Translations under genes and position numbers: made by a program
Assembly: GCF_964355755.1 (NCBI RefSeq)
Contig: NC_092672.1
Span: 10,912,001-10,976,000 of the forward strand
Length of the DNA: 64,000 bases
Direction: 5' to 3'
From: Antedon mediterranea
Taxonomy: Eukaryota > Animalia > Echinodermata
Shown: in pieces, positions 10,924 through 19,746 of the stretch
Numbering within the stretch: position 1 is the first letter of the stretch
Layout: the number at the start of each line of letters is the position of its first letter
Notes under the pieces: generated by a model
Databases searched by the model: none
Told to the model about the DNA's origin: nothing
What the model saw: only the letters and a program-made list of their open reading frames with translations

Positions 10924-13900
10924 ATGGCTGTAAAGAAGCAAAAAGTAAGCACACTGGTTCGCTATTATATAAAAACATTTTTGCTGTTTCTGTTGAACTC
11001 AATATGATTCGTATATTCTAGAAATTAAGGGGAAAATGCGAACAATCGTGTTTGCAAATTCGTATCGTTTGTGAAGGATAGGCTCGGTAGGCCTACGTTG
11101 TGGAAGGACGGGTTTTTTACGACCACGTGGTCGTTGGATTGGTCACGATGTAGCCTCTGCTACACTTACATAGCCTAATGCACAACAAATTAAAATTCAT
11201 ATAGGCCTAGGCCTAATGAAATTTAATTAGGGCCTTGGCTAGCCTATGCTATTTTGGGTTTAAACAATAACTTAATCCCTTTTTCTGTGTTTTTACTGTA
11301 TTTTTTTTTACAAAATTGTAAAGCCCATTGGTTGGTAGCTAGCCTACTTAACTTCACCCTATCTAGGCCTAGGCCACATCCATTTTAATTGATTTTCATA
11401 GGCCTAGACTAGACCTAATAATTATTAAAAATAACATTGCACAATTCAAGGCGCTAGTTCCGTTTCGCACCTGTTTTTATTTCGACTTCCTTTTGACTCC
11501 AAATTGTTTAGCAACTTATTGTGAATACCACACCTTAAAATTGGGCCTCATAAGTACTTTTATGAAGAAGAATCGCATAAAAAGTAACAAATAAATCCTT
11601 AAATTGATGATTTTACTGACATGTTTCTCGCATACCGTTCGCCGCGAATTTAGCATACTCGAAGTTCAATATTTTCGTTTCTATGGAGCGCCAAAAGAGC
11701 AACAACAATAGATGGTTAAAACCTCAGTGGAATGAGTCTTCTTTTAATGCATTTATTATTGAAATACATGTTTAATTTTAATATATTTTGTCAATAAAAA
11801 TACTGCAACATTTTACTGCTAATAATTTGCTGTTTTCAAATAGCAACGAACCCTAGGCCTAAGAGTAGGGATAACGATGTAAAATTAAAAGTTAATATTT
11901 TGCAAACAAATTATACATTGCCTGTTAGTATTTTGTATCAATATTATAATAAAGAAAGAATTATGAAAATATGACTTGTAGTTTTCGAAATATAGGGTTT
12001 AAAACATCGCCGAAAATGATCGTTTTAGCCACGAACGATGTAAACAAATTGCGCCCCCAGTCGACAATTGTATGAACTAGTCATTTTTCGTAAAAATAAT
12101 TATATAAAATCACGGTTTTAAGTAATATATTTTGTATATCAACATTGTAAAATTTAATCAAATATGATAGTACTTATTTATTATATAAAAAAGAGTGTAT
12201 ATTTAACCTCATTCGAAGAATTTCAATGCATTATTTTCCCGTGTAATTGGACAGGCCTGACACCATGTGACTTCACGGCACTTGCGAGAAAATTATTCCG
12301 CTGTGTGTTGATTCGCGTCAACCAATCAAAGGGCGAGAATCCAAAATCGTTCAACCGTGAGACATGCGGAGCGGTCGAATGCGAAGGTTTGATTGGCTTG
12401 CGATGACATCATACCATAAAATGGCGTTTTTGTAGTTGAGCCTCTCGGAATTTTCCAAAAATTATTTTTAAAATGGACAAAACAGCTATTTTTCATGGTA
12501 TATGGGCTGTTACTATGAAATATTCGAATTATATAGACCTCATATCGGGATAAAACTGTTTTTTTAGCACTTAAAATTAATATTTTTCTTAGTAACAAGC
12601 ACATGGTATGTGGAACTATATTATCTTGGTGTAGGAATAAAATATATTTTGAGGTCATAAGAGGCTCAACTACAAAAATAAGGTTGAAAATGGTAGGTCA
12701 TTGAGCCTTCCGAGGGTTTCGTAGTAAACAAAAGCTATACACGCTAGGCGATAACGATCTTTTAACCACTATATTAACATTTTTGGTTGAATGAAATGGA
12801 AATAAAAAATACTTGATCTTATAGAATAATAGGTAAATGAATATTTACTCAAAAGGATATTTTCATAATTAATTTATTTTCAGAATAATTACCTAATAAA
12901 AAGTGTTTACCAAAGTAAAAAAATACCGCGTCAATGACATTGCGCGCATAGTAACGTGCGCGCTGTTTAATCGTGGTAATGAAAATGGAGTCAGCTCTCG
13001 GTATCCCTACTAAGAGTAAGACTAAGAGGCATATTATTTAGATTAAGGTATACCCCTACAGTACATGTAATAATAATGATGATGAATTTGTCGATTTTCA
13101 TTCCTAAAAGCTCCTGCAAAAACCATGTACAGTATCAACAGTAATATTTTTGTTGCATTGACATTGACAAAATATGATAAAATTGAACGTAATTTTCACC
13201 AATAAATGCATTAAATATACGAAATTTACTTAGTTTTTAGCCCTCTATTATGATTGCTCTTTTGGCGCTCCATAGAAACAACAACATTGAACATGGAGTA
13301 TGTGAAATTCACGAACCGATGTGCGAGAAACACGTCTGTAAATTCATCAATTTAAAGGATTTACTTTTTGTGTGATCTCCTTCGTAAAAGTATTTTTGAG
13401 GCCTAATTCTAAGGTGTGGTACTCACGATAAAGTTACTTAACCAATTTTGAGTCGAAATAAACGACAGGTGCGAAACGGAACTAGCACCCAATTCAAAAG
13501 CAAACAATTTTAGGGTGCCCAATTTGATTACCTTTTCTTTGAAAATTAAACACGAGACAAGCCTGATTTTACAATTAGGAATTTTAAAAATCAAATAAAA
13601 AACTTTTAAATGTTGGTACCAAAATGTAAGCACTGCATAGCATGCTACACCATTGAGATATGAAGTGAATGCTGGTTGCCTGGCCTGGTAACCGGTCGAT
13701 GGGTTTAGCGTAACCCAATTTGGTAAGGAAAGGGAATTGCACTCGTGTGCAAATACTGATTGTTTTAAAAAAGGGTTCGTACCCATATTGGTAATAAATT
13801 TGCACCCGTGTGCATGTGTGACAGTGGTGGAAAAGTCTTGCGTGACTTTGGTAGACTTGAGGCATGGTAATTTGGTTTGTTACGAACTGACGGAAGTCCA

Positions 13901-16900
13901 CAATTCACTGGTTGTTGATTTGACCGTGTGATGAGTGTTCCGCCTCGGCCAATGACAGTCCAAGGTAAGGCAATGCACAGTAAGTAGCTGCCACCTATAG
14001 TACTGTATTACATTATACTTGTTAAGTTTTAGATATTAGAATGAGTAATCCGTCTTCTATCCAACAAAGCATGTGTTTGGAAAATTAATTTCATACAAAT
14101 TTGGGAAATGTTTATTGTGGAAATGGTTAAATTTACCTTGCCTGGTTGTAGGAAATCAACCAGCAATGTTGTTTCATTAAAAATAAAACGTATAATGTTG
14201 TAAGGAAGTGCACATTGAATTTACATTTTTATTTTGCTTGAAGTCTGGTTGTAAAAATGTGTAAATCATCAACCTTACTTTTCTTTTACTTCCTAGACTC
14301 CAGCTTCCGCAAAGAAGCAAAAGGCACCACCAAAACCAGTAGAGCCAGAAAGCAGTGAAGAAGAGGTATGGACGAAGTTTTAGTCTATATCAATACTGTA
14401 CCTAATAAATTTGCGGTATTGAATCAGGAGTACAATGGCGCGGGCAGCGTCTGCACATTGGATGTTTACCCAATTGCTTATATTCTAATTATCACATCTC
14501 TTGCATCAAATAGTATGAGTAAAGGCCAATTTACACAGAAGAACAGTAGGAAGAAAACTGTGTAGCTTGTCCCACACACAATCTGTATCTATCCTGTGCG
14601 GAAACTGCCCATCCGCTCCACGTTATGTGTAAATGGTCATAAGAAATATCATGGATTCTATATTTGTGTTACCGTAAGCGATCGTCTGTATAAATTGGCC
14701 TTAAGTGGTTAAATTACCACTGTTGCACCTTGTCAATTATTTTGGAATAGTAGATATTTGGGTTTCAATGATGACAAAGATGACGAGGCAGATGGTTGGT
14801 GCCATGTTATATGGTAACCTGAGGCCAGTTGCTGACCAATTTTGGCTCTGAGACTATATACCCAACAAATGTGTTCATCCCCACAAGTTTTTGAATTAAT
14901 GCTATGACATTTTATGGTATTTTCTTGAATGATTCACTTTTCTTTCTTAACCCAGAGTTCAGAAGAGGAAGTTGCAGCTCCTCCACCAAAAAAGTAAGAT
15001 TCACATAATTGCCTGTTCAACTGTTTTAACATCTAATTTAAAGTTTAGTAAGTTCACACGAGGATGTCTGCAATGCAAGTGATTTTACCAATCACAAGTG
15101 ATCCCATCCTTGTGTTTGGCCAAATTACTTGTATTTGCATCCTTGTCCTAGTGGAAACCACGCTTAATTATAATTATACAGTAATAGAAGTGGTGCTTAA
15201 CATGTCCAGTCTACAATATAACTTCTGTTCTATGATGACTGTCTTTAAACTGAGAGTGTAACCACAAACCATTCAAATCGGTACATTCGATGGTGAACTA
15301 GTACGAGGCATTTGTCTGAGAACATTGTAAATACTCTGTATTATTTCTATTTACTGTTAAATGCAATTCATTCACACATTTTTAAATCTAATTTTCAGAA
15401 CTCCAAAGTCTGCCAAGGCTAAACAGAAGCCTGTTAAGAAGGTATGTCATACATTTAAAATAATCAGCGTATTTTGATATATTTACTAAATGAAAATTTT
15501 TTTCCCTTACTGAGTTAAAATTTATACAATTATAGGTGGCGCACAAAACAGGTTTATCCTATTGACAAGAGCCCAGCCTTTTTTTGTTGCTTGTGATTGA
15601 TCACTGTAACAAACATAAAAACGAAATTGCAGTACTCGCATGCTAATAACGACATTATACATCATTAAGAGTGCAATAGAACATTTACTTAATATCGTGT
15701 CTTACAATTGTCCAATCTAATTACAAGAATCTAATTGTTTTCTTTGTATTTATTTTTTCCTTTTCTAGGCTGAAAGCAGTGAAGAGGAGAGTAGTGATGA
15801 GGAGCCAGCACCAGCAAAGGCCCAGACCAAAAAACAGACACCAAAAGCAAAGGCCAAGAAGGAAGAATCCAGTGAAGAGGAGAGTGATGAGGGTGAAGAA
15901 GAAGCAAAACCAGCACCGGTGAAGAAGGCTGCTAAAAAGGGTAAAGCCAAGAAGGAATCTTCATCAGAGGAAGAGAGTGAGGAGGAAGAACCGAAGAAGG
16001 CTGCAAAGAAGACACCAGCCAAGGTGCAGAAAAAACAAGCAGCCAAGGAGGAATCTGAGGAAGAGAGTGATGAGGAAGAGAGCAGTGAAGAGGAGGAAGA
16101 ACCACCTAAAAAGGAAGCAAAGAAAAAAGCTGCTAAAGTTCAGAAGAAAGCTGCAAAGGAAGAGGAAAGTGATGATGAAAGTGAGGAGGACGAAAGTGAA
16201 GAAGGTAATAGATAATTCTGTAATGCATTACCTCGGGTCCAAACACGAGTTGTAAAAGAAAATCATCAAACTTGGATTTTAAAATTATATTCAAAATAAA
16301 GTAAAACCGTGTCAAAGTTTGGTGTTCATGCGAAATGGCCATACTGTTTGTATACTTGGGCAAGATACTCTAATTGGCTCGTCCTTCAGATTGGATGCAC
16401 GTTAAACATGTGCGTAAAACGTGGTCTGATCATGGCAAATGCTCCAAACATATGCTGATTGGCGTGAACAATATTTTGGGTAAAATTTTTTATAAGGATT
16501 ACAGGTACTTTTTTTACCAAATACATTTACAATGACATTAATTGGGAAACAAAAGAAAATTTAAATTGTCCTGTTTACCTTATACATTCATATATGCTGT
16601 CGGTATGCAAGAACTTCATTCTGTAATTTATCTTTTTTAGATGAACCTCCAGTCAAAAAAACCAAAGGAGCAAATGGTGCGGCAAAAACTAAAGCAGCCA
16701 GCACAGGAGGTATTGGTTCGATCCTTTTAGTTTTGATATGTCTTGTAATCATTGTTTGTGGAGTAGTGCATTAAGTTTTTGTGATTATTCTTTTTACACA
16801 AGACAAACAGTAACTGGTCATTGATTTAGGAATATTCTGTAAAAGATCTACAGTGTATTTAAAGGCATGGCCATACATACTATATAACAAAATATTGTAT

Positions 16901-19340
16901 TGTGCATTTTTTATATTTGTATGCGCAGTTCTCGAGGCAAAGTTGATCGACCTTAGACTGTACCTCAATTTTATGAAAGGGTATATTAAGTACTGACGAC
17001 GGTTTCTCGGTTTTTTTTCAGAACCAATTCCGGTTTTCATTGGAGGACTTGACCCAGAACTAGATCCAGAAGTACTTGTTAACTTTTTCAAAGAAAATGG
17101 TGTTGAAGTTTTAAACCCAAGACTTGTTGCAAGAAGAAGGTAGGTTTGACCCCCACCCCAAAAAACATTTTGGGCTTCAGTGATTTCGACCATCATAGGT
17201 TAAGTTTGACCCTTTGGTTATGCTTCAGTAAGTTTGAACCTAATTGATGGCAATATTTTCTAACCACAGATTTGGTTACGTTGATGTGTCATCAGAGGAA
17301 GAATTCAAGAAAATTTTGGAACTTCACGGCTCTGACCTTGAAGGCAGTAGCATTCGAATTGACCGTGCCAATCCACCAAAAACGGATGGAGAAAGAAGTA
17401 CCCCTGCTAGACAACAAAGAGGTATTTTTGTACTTAAATATTTTTATTTCATGCGCATCCAAAAGCCAATTATAGGATGGATAAACTATTTAATAATTTA
17501 TCGTGCTCATTTGAGGCTTAGGAAGTGGAGTTGAAAGAGTCGCGAGTTACAAGCCTGGCACTAGGTCAGGATTGAACCCCGAACCTTTGGATTGGAAGTC
17601 AAGTATGTTAACCACCAAGTAGTAGTACATAGAAAGTATAATTCTAAGTTTTTGCACTTTAGTATATCTATCAAATGCAGTTGTTATTTTTGTGAACACA
17701 GAAAGAGGCAAAGGTTCCGATGACCGAACTATGTTCGTAAAAGGTCTGAATTACGACACGGTTGAGTCCACCATACAGGAATATTTTGGGGCACAAGATG
17801 TACGTATTCCAAAGAACGACTATGGACGCAGCAAAGGGTACGTATAGTGTTCATAAATGCGATTTTTTGACATTTGCTCTGTTTATGTATTTTGATTCCT
17901 TAGTTTTTGAGTGCCACTCCTCTGTGGCTGCGACATGATCAGTTCCACTGGCACCTCACAGAAAATATGTACATGGAACTGTTGGTATTTGTCGCAGCCA
18001 GACACCAATTAGTATGTGTATGAAACGCCATATGTGCCAAAATATTTATCTTTTTACTAATATTAAGACAAAAATTAGTCTGGAACCCAGACTACCTTAA
18101 CAGTATTCAATGGATAAATATATATGTATTCTTCATTCAGGTTTGCATATGTCGAGTTTTCAAGCGAAGAAGATGTGAAGAAAGCCATTGAGGCTCATCA
18201 GGGTACTGAGCTGGAAGGTAGAAGTGTATTCCTAGATTACGTGGGTGACAAAAGAGGATCAGGTGGTGGTGGAGGAGGAGGAGGCGGTGGAGGATTTGGT
18301 AAGACCTTTTTATAGATTTTTAAAAAAAATAAATCTTGCCAGCTAAACAAGCTCACTGGCTGATAATATACTTGATTTGAGTTGGGTTTTAAATATCCTG
18401 ACCGACATCTTCCAAATATTTACCATTTTAGTTTTGTTTAACTTAAGGAAAGCAAGAACAAAAGACAGTTATGTTGAGAGGTTTATCAGCTGAGACAACA
18501 GAAGACTCGATCAGGTCTGCTATTGGTGGCATTTCGATCCGTATTCCCACAGACAGGGATACCGGTGAACCTAAAGGGTATGTTTAAACTTTGTAGTAAT
18601 TCTCACAAAAAAAAGGGGCAAACCTCAATTTTTCCCGATTTTGTAATCATTGAGATATATTTCATTTAAACGCATGTTTATTTTTGTAGAATTGCATTTG
18701 TTGACTTTTCATCGGAGGGTGAAGCTAAAAAGTGCGTGGATGAGCACGGTAATGGTATACAGATTGACGAAACCGACATCTCGCTTGATCTTGCAAAACC
18801 ACGAAGAGATAGCTTCGGTGGCGGAGGACGTGGTAAGAGACCTTTTTGGTTTTTGTTTGTGCATACATAATTTGAGTTTACTGTTCAAGACCTAAATACA
18901 GTATAGTTTTAGTTGCCGTTCCCTAGTTTTCTTAATATTATCGCCTTTTATCTATTTTTAGGTGGTGGATTCCGAGGAGGTCGTGGAGGTGGATTCCGCG
19001 GTGGACGAGGTGGTGGTGGATTCCGTGGCGGCCGAGGCGGTGGTGGATTCCGTGGCGGTCGTGGTGGAGGAGGAAGAGGTGGATTTAGGGGAGGTAGAGG
19101 TGGAGGATTTGGTATGTATATTTTTTTTATTTGTCTTTAATAAAATGTTAGTCTATTGGAAATTTTTACAAATTATAAAGTGTATGCAACTAGGTCAGTG
19201 ATCCTAACTTGCTAGCCCATGTTAATTAGGCTCATTTTATTTGAAGAAAAAGTAATATTATATTTTTCATTTCAGGTGGGCAGAAGAGGTCATCATTTGG
19301 TGGAGAAGGACAGAACAAAAAGATTAAATTTGACGATTAA
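10924..19340 (+). CDS. NCL: Nucleolin (~575 aa; acidic/basic N-terminus, 3 RRMs, RGG/GAR tail), 14 coding exons
   Basis: Exons 10924-10944, 14297-14365, 14956-14993, 15399-15441, 15769-16204, 16641-16709, 17022-17139, 17270-17421, 17702-17837, 18141-18298, 18448-18577, 18690-18832, 18962-19111 and 19276-19340 (TAA) sum to 1728 nt in frame. Features: TPxK sites, ESSEEE tracts, RNP1 motifs RFGYVDV, KGFAYVEF and KGIAFVDF, FRGGRGG repeats, and terminal QNKKIKFDD. Confidence 0.95.
11119..11134. promoter_or_regulatory. Canonical E-box (CCACGTGG) inside a perfect 16-bp palindrome in nucleolin intron 1
   Basis: ACGACCACGTGGTCGT. Myc-type E-boxes in intron 1 are known for mammalian nucleolin. Confidence 0.5.
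11450..13489. mobile_element. 2.04-kb non-autonomous foldback DNA transposon (Merlin- or Mutator-like) in nucleolin intron 1
   Basis: Termini GG(C/T)GCTAGTTCCGTTTCGCACCTGT. The arms align clearly for ~370 bp and patchily beyond. Perfect 8-bp target duplication CAATTCAA at 11442-11449 and 13490-13497. No transposase ORF. Confidence 0.88.
14523..14701. mobile_element. PIF/Harbinger (Tourist-like) MITE in nucleolin intron 2
   Basis: TAA|AGGCCAATTTACACAGA...TCTGTATAAATTGGCCT|TAA: 17-bp inverted repeats (1 mismatch) and a 3-bp TAA target duplication. Confidence 0.8.
14762..14855 (+). ncRNA. Box C/D snoRNA (snR75 / U15 5'-guide-like), predicted guide for the 28S Gm equivalent to yeast G2288
   Basis: C box ATGATGA 14768-14774; guide AGATGACGAGG 14778-14788, complementary to the conserved 28S CCUCGUCAUCU; D' CAGA; C' TGCTGA ~14830; D CTGA 14848-14851; short terminal stem; intronic, ~100 nt from the 3' splice site. 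Confidence 0.8.
15040..15168. mobile_element. Degenerate MITE related to the inner element at 9679-9860
   Basis: Internal CCAATCACAAG...CTTGTGTTTGG and right end CTAGTGGAAACCACGCTTA. Confidence 0.55.
15226..15324 (+). ncRNA. SNORD15: Box C/D snoRNA of the SNORD15 (U15)/snR13 type, guide for the 28S Am equivalent to yeast A2281
   Basis: Terminal stem TGTTC/GAACA; C box ATGATGA 15232-15238; D' CTGA 15250-15253; guide ACGAGGCATTTG complementary to 28S CAAAUGCCUCGU; D CTGA 15316-15319. The 3' end GAGGCATTTGTCTGAGAA matches vertebrate U15 as I recall it. The D box is ~79 nt from the 3' splice site. Confidence 0.85.
15531..15686 (+). ncRNA. Candidate box H/ACA snoRNA in nucleolin intron 4
   Basis: 5' hairpin (TATAGGTGG/TCACTGTA and GCACAAAACAGG/CCTTTTTTTGTTGC), H box ACATAA ~15613, 3' hairpin ATTGCA..CTC/GAGTGCAAT, then ACATTT ~85 nt from the 3' splice site. 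Target not identified. Confidence 0.4.
16739..16880 (+). ncRNA. Candidate box H/ACA snoRNA in nucleolin intron 6
   Basis: Hairpin 1: TGTCTTGT/ACAAGACA with upper stem GGAGTAGT/ATTATTCT. H box ACAGTA. Hairpin 2: TGGTCAT/ATGGCCA with upper stem AATATTCTGTA/TACAGTGTATT, then ACATAC. Both pockets are 15 nt from their boxes, the canonical geometry. Confidence 0.68.
17500..17625 (-). mobile_element. Truncated tRNA-like SINE head in nucleolin intron 8
   Basis: The minus strand reads TGGTGGTTAACATACTTGACTTCCAATCCAAAGGTTCGGGGTTCAATCC, containing B-box GGTTCAATCC. No intact acceptor stem. Confidence 0.5.
17925..18073 (+). ncRNA. Structured RNA / candidate H/ACA snoRNA in nucleolin intron 9
   Basis: Perfect stems TGGCTGCGACA/TGTCGCAGCCA (11 bp) and CAGTTCCA/TGGAACTG (8 bp); H-like ACACCA 18002-18007; second stem ATTAGTA/TACTAAT; ACA 18068-18070, 70 nt from the 3' splice site. 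Pocket geometry is atypical. Confidence 0.42.
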
Positions 19341-19740
19341 CTCTGTTTTAAGTAACCTGTCAAAGCTAACAGAATGTCCCAAATGTAAATAATGTACCTT
19401 AAACGTTTAAATTTTATGGGCACTGAACAACTGAGGTAAATATACCTGGTTGGAATGTTCGTTAAAGCACAAATATGGTCAATGGGTGGAGAGTTCTTTA
19501 AAAACTTTTTTTAATAGTAACAAGAGCCATACTTTTAAGAAACATTTTAATTGCCATAAATAATCTTAATTATTTTATTTTCATCTCGTGTCATACAAAT
19601 GGGAAGCCTTGTTTTATGTAAAGTTGCATTTGAAAGTATTTTCAGTATTGATTTTGGCAACAATTTTGTGTGTACAGTCAGCCTGTAACTGATTAATCCA
19701 TGTAAATATTTTAGATATGTAAACATGAAATAAGGTAGTA

Positions 19741-19746
19741 AATAAA
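19741..19746 (+). terminator. Probable nucleolin polyadenylation signal
   Basis: First AATAAA, ~400 nt after the stop codon. Confidence 0.5.

Noticed and set aside
13876-13896. U13-like snoRNA (TTTGTTACGA complementary to the 18S 3' end, followed by CTGA; GTGATGA downstream)
   Set aside because: Only ~10 bp, no proper outer C and D boxes or terminal stem, and the second complementary patch is in the wrong order.
13842-13961. H/ACA snoRNA in the last part of nucleolin intron 1
   Set aside because: Two lower stems and a terminal ACA exist, but the hinge (ACAATT) is not ANANNA and the upper stems are weak.
15731-16363. Antisense and alternative-frame ORFs over nucleolin exon 5
   Set aside because: Shadows of the low-complexity Glu/Lys/Ser coding repeat.
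17540-17625. Intronic tRNA gene
   Set aside because: Only a B-box and partial arms, with no acceptor stem or terminator. Better explained as a SINE head.
18339-18411. Miniature H/ACA-like pattern in nucleolin intron 10
   Set aside because: The hairpins are too short (5-6 bp stems, no pockets) to distinguish from chance.
10945-19275. Vertebrate NCL-hosted snoRNAs U20, U23 and U82
   Set aside because: I could not find the U20 or U23 guide sequences in any intron and saw no further C/D candidate that could be U82. An Infernal scan is needed to be sure.
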